NCBI GenBank assembly: GCA_964019425.1
Contig: OZ025781.1
Span: 930,001 to 994,000 of the forward strand
DNA from: Flectonema sp. DT1601
Lineage: Eukaryota
Direction of reading: 5' to 3'
DNA length: 64,000 nucleotides
Shown here in pieces: positions 19,752 to 30,309 of this stretch (within the stretch, counting starts at the first letter, position 1; each line of letters starts with the position of its first letter). A program made the translations under genes and the position numbers. A model generated the notes under the pieces. The model searched no databases, had not been told where the DNA came from, and was given only the letters and a program-made list of their open reading frames with translations.

Positions 19752-21797
19752 TCAGGCGTCTACTTCAACGAATGATATTTTAATTAACTCCCACAACCTC
19801 GCTGTGTGCCTCAGTGAGAAGCATTTCGTCACATCTGAGATAGAATGTGAAGTCGTCAGACTACGAGTAGCTGTAATTAGATCCTCAAGTAAATCCTGGT
19901 GAGTCACTTCCATTACAAGTAAAAGATGTCTCGTTGTGTTTTTATATTGAGAAGCTGTCGATTCGAGCCATGTTTTAATATGAGGCAACCATAAAGAAAC
20001 GAACGGAACGGTTCCTTCATTAGTCATGACTACAACGTGTTGTGTGTGGATTTGTGATGGAGCCACACGTGGAAGACGACTCCTCTCTGCTTCTAACTCT
20101 TCTATTGCATCACAACATGTGAAGAATGCTCCAGCTAGTTGTGGTAATAAATAAAAACCTCCAGGTTCGTATATTGTGACAGATTCAGTTGAAGATTCTG
20201 GTAGTGATTTTAATACTTCGGTAGCAAATATTTTAAACTTCGTACCGTGTGGAGGTGGTCTCTTAATTCTATTCAGACTCCAATCAAACGAATACTCGAA
20301 TCGCTTTACTGCTGGTGATGGTCGTGCGCTTACCATCTTCTCAACGGATTCCAAATTAGTTGAAATTTCTTTTGGAGAAGTATGAAATATAATAACCATG
20401 TGAGGAGTTCCCAATACCCAAGTTGATACGAAAACTGGATAAAACATCGACTGCGAGTATAATTTACAAGCTGACTGAACTCCATGAATAATCCAATCTG
20501 CTGCTGCTCCTTCCCAGGGCTCAACTGCACTGACGTAAGGCAGAGCGATTGCTAACGACTTCTTCACTAATGAATTTGATAAAATATTATGTAAATCTCC
20601 CCACTCATGACATGTTCTGAGACACTTAGCATTGTAGGCCTTCCGAGCAAAGTACGTCAACCAAACCGCGTCGTACGCTCCTGACATCTCAGCAACGTAG
20701 TTATTTCCAATTTCTTGGTATGGGATTGGTGGGTTTTGTGAGGCGTTCATCGAGTCTTCGAGAACTGTAAAAATATTATCGTGAGATGTTGTGTACCGAC
20801 AGCGTTTGGTTACTATTTGATTGGTAGTATCCAACACGAATAGAGTGTTGTTAAAATGCAAGCAACCCTTTGTGAAAATATCCGCTGAGACTTGCAAAGC
20901 TTCACAATGAGGTGTCATTTTTAAAGCGTCTGCGGATATCATGCAGTCCCAAGCTTCTTTAATCCCCTTACACTTTAGTGACCAAATCTTTAGCAGAAGA
21001 TGTCGTCTGTCACATCCAGTTGCGTAGTCAACAGAGTTACCTCTGGATATTAATCTTGGTAATAAGTGTTTTAAATGTTTAAAGTCATCATGAATAAAAG
21101 ATAAAGTATGAATAGGTCCGCTCTTAACAGAATACGTAGCTGACCCCGATAAGGTTATCGAAACTTTAAATATCTTCGCAAGTTCCGTTACTAACATTTT
21201 AGCATTTTGCATAACCTGGTCTCTGTACATATTCCAACTTCCTCTGACTGAGAATGTTAATGCAAACATACAAGACTGTTTATTGATATAGTTATTTTCA
21301 AACAGGATGAGGATGTCGGTCTGTCGCTTACGTCCAGCACCTGTCATAAGTGTGCCGCAGTAGTCGAGCCAAAGTAATGTGAATTGTGACCACCCAAGAG
21401 ATGTTAATTTATTATAAAAGGGTCCATGATCCTTTAAGTCTTGAGCAAGTCCATGAGATGTTCCCAAATATGTAACACAACCAGCTTCCTCTAAACATTT
21501 ACACTCTTCAGGATCTGGGTTTGGGATTACTGTTCTTTTCGGTAGTAGTCCACAACTGTCTCGCATGTGTTTTAATGTTGTCATTGCTTTGGTTTCTAAT
21601 AACAGTCCCCACATTTCATTCGGATCGCATTCTTTTAAAACAACTCCTGCAGTACCAGCCAGCCATTTGTTGACTTCTTCTTTCTTTAATGATCCTCCCT
21701 GATATGCTGTACCTGTCGCTTTTTTTGTTGAAGTTGCCGTGGCTGCTGTCCGATCATTCAAAATAATCGGAGCGTGTGCCAGCACCGAACGAACCAT
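19752..21797 (-). CDS. Hypothetical protein with tandem SAM-methyltransferase-like folds
   Basis: FTLLWLDYCG..DILILF..ALTFSVRG and a degenerate second copy YDAVWLTYF..DLHNIL..LAIAL. Likely start at the ATG at 21797 after a CAG acceptor. Confidence 0.6.
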   Translation of the reverse strand: MVRSVLAHAPIILNDRTAATATSTKKATGTAYQGGSLKKEEVNKWLAGTAGVVLKECDPNEMWGLLLETKAMTTLKHMRDSCGLLPKRTVIPNPDPEECKCLEEAGCVTYLGTSHGLAQDLKDHGPFYNKLTSLGWSQFTLLWLDYCGTLMTGAGRKRQTDILILFENNYINKQSCMFALTFSVRGSWNMYRDQVMQNAKMLVTELAKIFKVSITLSGSATYSVKSGPIHTLSFIHDDFKHLKHLLPRLISRGNSVDYATGCDRRHLLLKIWSLKCKGIKEAWDCMISADALKMTPHCEALQVSADIFTKGCLHFNNTLFVLDTTNQIVTKRCRYTTSHDNIFTVLEDSMNASQNPPIPYQEIGNNYVAEMSGAYDAVWLTYFARKAYNAKCLRTCHEWGDLHNILSNSLVKKSLAIALPYVSAVEPWEGAAADWIIHGVQSACKLYSQSMFYPVFVSTWVLGTPHMVIIFHTSPKEISTNLESVEKMVSARPSPAVKRFEYSFDWSLNRIKRPPPHGTKFKIFATEVLKSLPESSTESVTIYEPGGFYLLPQLAGAFFTCCDAIEELEAERSRLPRVAPSQIHTQHVVVMTNEGTVPFVSLWLPHIKTWLESTASQYKNTTRHLLLVMEVTHQDLLEDLITATRSLTTSHSISDVTKCFSLRHTARLWELIKISFVEVDA

Positions 21798-22008
21798 CTG
21801 TGAGGTGCTGAAGGAATGAATAAAACTGATATAACACAAACCCTGGCAGACCTCCGACAGAAGGAGTTCTCGAACGCAATGAAAATGAGGCAATACGGGG
21901 TTTGCCTTTCCTTCGGTACACGACGTTTTTTTTTTTTTTTTTTTTCACCCTTCACTAATTGCATACTGAACTGCAATAGTTTAGATACATTATCGAATAC
22001 GAGTTTCC

Positions 22009-22818
22009 TCATATCGCTTTTGCCGAGCCCTGAAAAAACAGATCAACGATTCCGTTTACCTGCTCACCATACTTTATGTGAATGTTATGTTTACCGTCAG
22101 GGAAGTAGTAGTCGCTACTGTTTGGAATGTTCTCTTTAAACCATTCAGCGTGTTCAGTTGGAACTATTGGATCTTTGTTACCGTGTAAGATGAGTGTTTC
22201 ACATTTAATTCTTTTTGCTTCTTCTTTACAAATATCACCTCCAGCATCATGGATGGCCTTCATCGCGTCACAAAACGAGTCCCACATAGGTTGCAAGTCA
22301 GCTCCGTAAATAGGTATCAATTTCCCCTTCATCCCAGCTGACCAAGTTCTTTCAACGTCGCGAGTAGCTTCGTACGCAGCGATGTCATGTTTTGTGACGT
22401 ACGAATTGCCTCCAAATATTACGAGTCGCTCAACTTTTTGTGGATACTTCGCAGCCAACTTCACGCTGGCGTTAGCTCCGTCACTCCAGCCGAGGAGGTT
22501 GAAAGAGTCCAGTTGAAGTGATTCGGATATTCTTACAGCGTCGTCAGCATCGATGTCATAAAAGTTACTCGGAAACCTCCTCATTGGAGGTCTACTCTCT
22601 CCATATCCTCTCGGATCAAAACTAATAACACGATAACCACACTCAGCTAAACCTTCTAACTGATAAGGGAAGTCAGTCTTCGCTGTTCCCATAGCTCCAG
22701 GCATACAAATAATTGGAACACCATCTTCTGGTCCAGACTCAACAATATGAAGACCGAATCCTTCAATAGTTATTTTAGATGTGCGGAAGCACAACTTCGG
22801 AATGGATCTCACGAACAT
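22009..22818 (-). CDS. BPHL: Alpha/beta hydrolase, valacyclovir hydrolase/BPHL-like
   Basis: PGAMG, DPRGYGESRPP, nucleophile motif GWSDG, HGNKDP, GKHNIH. Confidence 0.85.
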   Translation of the reverse strand: MFVRSIPKLCFRTSKITIEGFGLHIVESGPEDGVPIICMPGAMGTAKTDFPYQLEGLAECGYRVISFDPRGYGESRPPMRRFPSNFYDIDADDAVRISESLQLDSFNLLGWSDGANASVKLAAKYPQKVERLVIFGGNSYVTKHDIAAYEATRDVERTWSAGMKGKLIPIYGADLQPMWDSFCDAMKAIHDAGGDICKEEAKRIKCETLILHGNKDPIVPTEHAEWFKENIPNSSDYYFPDGKHNIHIKYGEQVNGIVDLFFQGSAKAI

Positions 22819-23001
22819 ACTAATTAGGACTGTTGTGTTAAATTAAAGTTACAGAAATACAAAAACACGAGTCACACGTCATAAAGTCGTACGCAAGCAT
22901 CCCCAAGAAGGGAAAATTGTACAGAAACCAATCAAAGAAAACGATCATAAATAATGTGAAAACATTATTTAAGTTGCGTTAAATGTAAAAGTTCTGAAAG
23001 G

Positions 23002-25188
23002 TCAAGTTGTTTGATGTGGTGGAACATCTCTGTCTCGATCTCCATCAGTTCTCTTCTCTTCAGAATCAATTAGATTATCAAGAGGCGATTCTAAATACTT
23101 CTCAGCTGAACCAGAAGGGAAGATATTCGACCATCTTATATGCGAAGTCTTGTTAACCCGATGAGACAACGTGTTGAGTGGTAGTAACTCTGCTTGTGGT
23201 GAGAAGTATCCCGACATCACATTTATAAAGTCTGCGGCTGTTATTACTTTGGAACGACTATTTAAAAGGGAAGTCAGTTCAGCAGATGAAAACTCAGATT
23301 TTGAAAGCTGACTACCCAGTTCCTGTGTTGTAATAAATCCTTTTTTATTATTATCAAATGTGTTGAAGATGTTCGTTATTTCAGAAGTAACTAATAAAGG
23401 AACCGTATTAGTTGGTATCTGAACTTCAGGTGGGGACCATTTATCAATAGCAGACTGTAGTGTACCAACAGAACATTTTGGAAAGTGACAATGCAGTAGT
23501 TCTAAAAAACCAACTCGTTCACCGTCTCCAACAACAAATCGAAAAACTCGGTTTGGGATAGCAGTTGGGTGGGCAGCACTGAACTTTACTAACTCGTGCA
23601 GTGTTAAGTAGCCACTCTTGTCACTGTCCATCGCGTCAAATATTCTTTTCACTCTGCGAACGTCTTCTTCGTAAACAACTGTTCGCTTAGCTCCATCATG
23701 GTCGAGGATGGGTCCAAGTTGCTGCTTTCGAATGGTTTGCATGCCTCCCAAACTCATTTGAAGTTTTGCTGACACTTCGCTCTCAATTCTCGTTGTTACT
23801 TTCTCTATCAAGTGTCGTATCCTTTCGGTGATTTTAAATCTCGTGGCCTCCTTTCCTTTTGCATCCCCGAATTCAGATGTTTCAATCTTAGAGCAGACTA
23901 AAGCAACTCTTCGAAGAGATCCCAATTCATGGCCACCAGTTTCCAGTTCGATTCCCTGCACCGGGCTATTCAGCATCGCAGAACTCCCGCAAGTATCCCC
24001 CCATAAAACCAGTTTTTTTCCAGATTTTAATATTACTTCCACTCGTCGGGTGGCAATCGTACCCGAAGTAGTGTTAAGGATCGAGCGTGCTTCCGAAATG
24101 AGTAAATTAATAATCCCGTGTCCTGTTCTCGTGTCAGGCCCTCGGTGTGAAATTGGGTTTTTGATAATAAAATCAACAGTCATCTTTGAATCGGATGATG
24201 ATTCATTTTTCTTCTTAACTGTTTTGTGATTGTGTGATTGAGAGTTCAGTATCTTACTTGTTTCTACAGCAGTTTTAAGTTCATTTCTCACTCTGGAACT
24301 ATAAGCACATGAAGAACAACACCTCTGACAATTATTTGAGTATATTCCTATCACCAAGTCTTCGTTATTGCTGTTATTTATTTCTGAAGATTTATAACGT
24401 TGGTTTACATTGAATCCAAGAATCGTAGTGGGTGTTGATTTATATTTGTCACAACGGCATATCAAATCCAAATAGATCGATTCCTTGTCGAGGATATTTT
24501 TCACTGATGCAGATAATAGTGTGAATCCAGTTGGTAGCAGTTGAATATCTATATTGCTGAGGTAGCGTCGTCGGAGTTTGAAAGTCGTGATGCCGTCTGT
24601 TCCTATAACTTCTTGAGGGTGTTGCTTGCGAAATTTTGGAACTCCAGTTGACAGTGCTCGGCGGTAAACAGCAGCTAGTTGGATGACGGATATAATCGTC
24701 TCTCCACTGATTGAGACCAGTTGCCAACTTGCGTAAGATTTCAGTGCCTGAATAGGACAGCTGCTACTTATTGAATAATCTTGTTCAGTGATTTGATGGT
24801 TTTCATCATCACCATCTGAAATATTTATAATAGACTCCACTTCATACTTACGAAGTTCATTAATAGTAACGGTGACATCAGTTGTCTCTCCTTCTAATAA
24901 CTTCACAAGTTGTTGTTTGACTGATTCGTATGCGGCGATGTTATCTTTTTTACTTCCTGTTTTCCACTCGTGATAAACATCACATTTTACTTCTCCTAAA
25001 ATATATTTATTTCGTGTCATTACTCGAACAGATAGGTCGCCGACTACATGTTTTCCATTTAGTACTTTTCTTTCTGATTCTTTCTCTGCTCCAGGTTGTA
25101 GTCTCTTTTTCAATTCTTTCACCTGTGCTGAGTCAACAGAGAGTGTTACTCGACCTCCGAATTGTGAGATACGGGAATGCTGAGGCAT
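23002..25188 (-). CDS. EF-hand calcium-binding protein
   Basis: EF loops DSDKSGYLTLHE and DNNKKGFITTQE in the C-terminal third of a 728-aa ORF. Confidence 0.8.
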   Translation of the reverse strand: MPQHSRISQFGGRVTLSVDSAQVKELKKRLQPGAEKESERKVLNGKHVVGDLSVRVMTRNKYILGEVKCDVYHEWKTGSKKDNIAAYESVKQQLVKLLEGETTDVTVTINELRKYEVESIINISDGDDENHQITEQDYSISSSCPIQALKSYASWQLVSISGETIISVIQLAAVYRRALSTGVPKFRKQHPQEVIGTDGITTFKLRRRYLSNIDIQLLPTGFTLLSASVKNILDKESIYLDLICRCDKYKSTPTTILGFNVNQRYKSSEINNSNNEDLVIGIYSNNCQRCCSSCAYSSRVRNELKTAVETSKILNSQSHNHKTVKKKNESSSDSKMTVDFIIKNPISHRGPDTRTGHGIINLLISEARSILNTTSGTIATRRVEVILKSGKKLVLWGDTCGSSAMLNSPVQGIELETGGHELGSLRRVALVCSKIETSEFGDAKGKEATRFKITERIRHLIEKVTTRIESEVSAKLQMSLGGMQTIRKQQLGPILDHDGAKRTVVYEEDVRRVKRIFDAMDSDKSGYLTLHELVKFSAAHPTAIPNRVFRFVVGDGERVGFLELLHCHFPKCSVGTLQSAIDKWSPPEVQIPTNTVPLLVTSEITNIFNTFDNNKKGFITTQELGSQLSKSEFSSAELTSLLNSRSKVITAADFINVMSGYFSPQAELLPLNTLSHRVNKTSHIRWSNIFPSGSAEKYLESPLDNLIDSEEKRTDGDRDRDVPPHQTT

Positions 25189-25379
25189 TACTTTAAAAAG
25201 GATTTTATCTCACAGTTCAATCATCGCAATCACATTCACTCGAATGTTTCTAATGTAAGTATTCATTTTAACCTTTACAGAAAAATTAATTTTAAAATAT
25301 AATGATAACAAACACAACGAAGCTCGATTCGAAAACAAAAAGTGTGAGCGGGTGGTATCGTTTAGGTGCAGGAAATAAG

Positions 25380-25411
<32 letters not shown>

Positions 25412-26607
25412 CCTTCTCTCTCCCTCCCCTCCGAGAAAATAGTTAAGAAAGCAGAAGAGAGTAAAAAAAAACGATGTGACATTTCACTAACTATTTCAAA
25501 GACGTAGTAAATTATCGCTACGGTTTAAATCAATCACATTTATTTTTCTAATTACTTACTTTTTACACTAGTAGTTCAGTAGGTGTACTCCTTCTCGCTG
25601 CCTTCTTCTTCTTCTTTTCTCTCAGGGTTTTCTTTTTTACTTATTTTCGACGTGGTCACTTTGTTCTTCGCACACGATAAAAAGAAAAAAAAAAAGAATA
25701 AAAATAAAAAAAGTAGAAAAATCGCGTTCACCAAAAAAAAAATCAAAGAGCGGCTAAAGAAAAATAAAAATAAACGGGAGGCAATGCTTTAAAAAAAAAA
25801 AAAAAAAAGGAAAAAAATCTAAAATATGTTGCTGAACGACATTTGTGCATTTTTAGAAAAAGGCACGAATTCATTGAAAGGTAATAGAGTCTAGTCGGAA
25901 AAAGGTTGGATTTAATTTTTTTCTCATTCTTTCTAGGCTAAGAAGCCAAGTTTTCGGTACCAACCTACAACACAAATCCATTTCCTTATTAAATGTAAGG
26001 CTGAAAACAGCCAAATTGGCTAAGAAGCCAGGTAGCAGTAGGTTTCTTTTTTTTAATTTGGGTTCTACTCTTGTATGATTACAAGCAAACACTAAAATAA
26101 AAATAATTTACGTTTTTGAATACAACACGAGAACAGAAAGAAACAATTAATCGGCTTCAAAAATTAAAACTCGTGGCCAATTATCTTTTTTTTTCTCCCC
26201 TTCTCCTCATCAATACTCGATTGTCGCAAAAAATAAATTTTAAAAAAAAAAAAAAAAAAAACGGGAGCCCTGGCACCCGCTTATATGTTTCATGTAAGCA
26301 AAAGCTTTTTATTTTATTTTATCACTGTAAAAGTTTTTTTTTTTTTTTTTTCTTTTCTCTTTTGATCTAAGGGGAGGTAGGTCTTCTGTCGTTTACTCTA
26401 TTTCCTATTTTTGAAGTTTTTTTTTTTTTTTGTTTTTTTTTTCCGTAAAAAGTCCCCTCGTCTTTTTTTTTTTTTTTTTGTTCTTATTTAATCATTCTAA
26501 CTTGCAGGAAGCTGAAAATATCACACCTGTTGTTGGCGTGTTGTCTCTTGTGAGATTCGGATGTATAATTAATAAACTTATGTATGTGAAGATGTCAAAA
26601 CTTAAAT

Positions 26608-29060
26608 TTAACTTCCGCAGTTGAGGCACTCTTCAGGTTCTTTGCTGGTGTCGTTTTCGGAAGCAGCTTCAGCAGCCTTTAATTGGTCCTGATCAACAGT
26701 GAATTTGATAGCGTCAACTGCTGGACGAGTTCTCAAGTAGTATTGACCAGTCTTAAGTCCCTTGTTCCAGGCGTGGAAGTGCATCGAAGTCAGTTGTCCT
26801 CTTGTCGGACTCGCTAAAAACAAGTTCAACGACTGACTCTGATCGATGTAAATAGATCTGGCAGCCGCCATGTTAATTAAATCTTTTTGTTTAATTTCCC
26901 AAACAGTCTTGTAGAGTTCCTTAATCTTTGATGGAATGCTGGAGATGTCTTGAATCGATCCGTTGTAGGCGATGATCTGGTTTCTGATGCTCTCATTCCA
27001 TAAGTTAGCCTTTATCAAATCCTTTACAAGGAACTTGTTAACAATTGGGAACTCACCAGAGAGTACTCTGCGAAGATAAATGTTTGATGTGAATGGTTCA
27101 AAGCACTCGTTGTTTCCAAGAATCTGACTCGTTGACGCAGTTGGCATCGGTGCGACTAACAGAGAGTTGCGCATTCCAGTTTTGACAATCTTCTTTCTGA
27201 GATCATCCCAATCGTATCTTCCGGACTTTGGAGTTGCTTTCCAAAGATCGAATTGAAATTTCCCCTTCGACATTGGAGATCCTTCCCAAGTAGCATATGG
27301 ACCTTCAATTAATGCTGCCTCATATGATGCCTGTTGTTGGTGTTGTTGTTGTCTTTTGAAACATAAGAAAAGTAAAGAAACAGTTAAACACAAAAAGGAG
27401 AACAGCATACCTCACAAGCGGAGAAGTAAATAGTTTCGAAGATATCCTCATTGAGAGACTGTGCCTCTGGTGATGCGAATGGGAGTTCTAACTTGAGGAA
27501 GGTATCAGCAAGTCCTTGAATACCAATTCCAATTGGTCTGTGTCTCATGTTTGACTTCTTAGCTTCAGGAACTGGGTAGTAGTTGAGATCAATTACACTG
27601 TTCAGGTTTCTGGTTACGATCTTTGTAATATCACGAAGCTTGGAGTGGTCGAAGAACGCTCCCTTGTCACCCTGAGCGACAAACTTTGGAAGTGCGATGG
27701 AGGCCAAGTTACAAACAGCTACTTCATCAGGAGCAGTGTACTCAACAATTTCTGTACACAAGTTACTGCATTTAATAGTACCCAAATGCTGTTGGTTAGA
27801 CTTTGAGTTGCAAGCATCTTTGTACAGAAGGTACGGAGTTCCAGTTTCCTGCTGCGATTCGATGATGGCAATCCAAAGTTTTGGGGCGTCAACCTGCTCA
27901 ACGTAAAGTCCTTCCCTCTCGTACTTGCAGTACAGATCCTCAAATTCCTGACCCCAGCAGTCAGCCAATCCCTTTGCGGAGTTTGGGTCAAAGAGCGACC
28001 ACTTGCCGTTTGTGTGTACTCTCTTCATGAACAAGTCAGGAACCCAAAGTGCGTAGAACAAATCTCTGGCACGGTTTTCCTCCTTACCAGTGTTCTTACG
28101 GAGGTTCAAGAACTCAAAAACGTCTGCGTGCCATGGCTCGAGGTAGATAGCGAAGGAACCCTTTCTCTTACCACCTCCCTGGTCAACGTAACGAGCAGTG
28201 TCGTTAAAGACACGAAGCATAGGAACTAAACCGTTAGACTGTCCATTGGTACCTCTGATGTACGATCCGTTTGCTCGGACGTTGTGGACGTGAATACCAA
28301 TTCCACCAGCGGTTTTGGAGATCATGGCGCATGTTTTCAGGGACTCGAAGATGCCTTCAATAGAGTCGTCCTTCATGGCAACCAAGAAACAGGAAGACAT
28401 TTGAGGGTTTGGAGTTGCTGCATTAAACAGAGTTGGTGTCGCGTGAGTGAACCATCCCTCACTGAGCATGTTGTAGGTTTCAATAACTCGGTCAATGTTT
28501 TCGTACCAAATTCCAACAGAAACTCTCATCAACATGTGCTGTGGACGTTCAGCAACGTAACGCTCTCCCTTACTATTGGCGAGCTTCAACAGGTATGATC
28601 TCTCAAGAGTTTTGTAACCAAAGAATTCATAATTCAAGTCTCTCTTGTAGTTAACAGCGTCATTTAAACGATCAGCGTTGGCTATGACTACTTCATATGC
28701 GCGGTCACAGATAAGTGGAGCCTTTTCTCCGTTACGTGGATTGACAAACTCATACAAGTCAGTGATAACTTGTGAGAAGCATGAATTTGTAGTTTTGTGC
28801 AATGTTGACACAGCAAGTCTACCAGCCAATAAAGCGTAATCAGGATGTTTCATTGCCAAGTAAGCAGCAGATTGCGCTACCAACTCATCAATCTTAACTG
28901 AAGGCATATTAGTTTGACATCCTTTATAAACAGTGTCGACAAGGACTTGTGCTGATACTCTCATGGTGTCTAGACCGAAGGTAAAATGTTCGATTCTCTT
29001 TCGCAGCTTTTCTCCGGAGAATGCCTCCCGTCTTCCATCACGCTTAATCACCGTCGACAT
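26608..29060 (-). CDS. RRM1: Ribonucleoside-diphosphate reductase large subunit (class Ia), 2 exons
   Basis: ATP cone (VIKRDGRRE), [37 protein letters not shown]-terminal CLNCGS. Intron 27331-27410 (GTATGC..CAG) joins FSACE|ASYE. Confidence 0.97.
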
Positions 29061-29278
29061 CTTATAGGTGTAGTGCTAAGGATCACTGTAATTAAAATAA
29101 ATATAACTATGGCTGCCTAAGTAATGTTGGTAGTACTTCCTTGTTGACGTTGAGAATGAAAACTACTCACTCTTGTACTAAAAAAGAAAAGAACGATGAT
29201 GATGATAAATCTAAAGTAATAAAAAAAAAAAAACTATTTAATTAAAAGAACATAAACCATCCTATAGCAGTAAGCAGA

Positions 29279-30010
29279 CTACAAACACTCAAGGAACTGA
29301 ATGATTTCGTGATGATCTTCTTCTTTTGCGTAGTCTAAAGCAGTACACCCCTCGTGGTCTTTAGTTTTGTGGTCGGTGTGTAGACTAAGAAATCTGACAA
29401 CATTAAGATGACCATTTGAAGCCGCCCACATGAGTGGAGTGTCGCCGTCTTCATTTGGAACAGAGACATCAGCTGAACAGTTAAATAAAGCTTCGAGACA
29501 TTCTAAACTGCCAGCAGAGGCTGCCCACATCGAGGGAGTTTCATTGAGGAAACCACGAAAACAGATATCAGCACCAGAATTAATTAAAAGTCTCAAACAG
29601 TTTATGGAATTGGCTGACGCTGCGTGCATAAGCACCGAACTCCCACCAGCATCACATGCATTCGGATTAGCACCGCACTTCAATAACATTCGAACGGCTT
29701 CATCATTGTTATCCCTTACTAGAGTTACGTACTCAGTAGTATCTTGATGGCTACCTTCTAATCCATAGTAGCCGTCAATGTTTGTTTCTACCAGTAGTCT
29801 ATCTCCAGTCACAACTCCCATTTCAACTAAAATCATGTCATCTAACACTAATTGTGATTCAAATCTAATTTCTAAGCTGTCTGCTGGAGCTCCAGTCATT
29901 TCTTCAAGAGCTTCCTTCAACTGTCTAACTGTTGACTCTTGGCAAATGTTAAAGGTTAGCGCGCTGGTATCCTTCAGCTTGCAGTGGAGAGTTATGTCAC
30001 GTTTTACCAT
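29279..30010 (-). CDS. Ubiquitin-like domain + ankyrin repeat protein
   Basis: Ubl (TVRQLKEALEEMTG..LEIRFESQLV.DD), then ankyrin repeats (GDTPLMWAASNGHLNVVRFL). Confidence 0.88.
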   Translation of the reverse strand: MVKRDITLHCKLKDTSALTFNICQESTVRQLKEALEEMTGAPADSLEIRFESQLVLDDMILVEMGVVTGDRLLVETNIDGYYGLEGSHQDTTEYVTLVRDNNDEAVRMLLKCGANPNACDAGGSSVLMHAASANSINCLRLLINSGADICFRGFLNETPSMWAASAGSLECLEALFNCSADVSVPNEDGDTPLMWAASNGHLNVVRFLSLHTDHKTKDHEGCTALDYAKEEDHHEIIQFLECL

Positions 30011-30309
30011 TTTGAAAATTAAAGATCTGCGAATAATAATAATAATATTGTTAATAATAAATCTTCAGAAAGAACCATCTGCATTCACTTTAGATCCATT
30101 TAATTTGTGAACTGAACAAAATATCTCTTTTGATTCACTCTCGGGGGTAAACAAATCACACAAAAGAAAGTAAATCAGCGAAAAAATAAGCGACGACACC
30201 TCAAGGATGAGCTAAAGTGCGAAAAGTAAACTGAGCTGCCAATCCTCAGTGAAGGTGATTGAGGCTTTTTGGGATTAGCGATCGTAAAGAGCGAGACAGA
30301 GACGGATGA

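Noticed and set aside
22919..22928. Second SL remnant (GTTTCTGTAC, minus strand)
   Set aside because: Only 10 nt match and the flanks disagree; compatible with chance.
25210..26624. Short K/F-rich ORFs in spacers (also 34898-35791, 39801-39998, 48011-48208, 62936-63157)
   Set aside because: They are translations of poly(A)/poly(T) tracts in UTR or intergenic DNA.
27331..27410. Frameshift or split RRM1 (and similar splits in RPN7, ABCD, UTP21, GlcNAc-transferase, NDUFB7)
   Set aside because: Each split is explained by a canonical GT-AG intron that restores the frame and conserved motifs.
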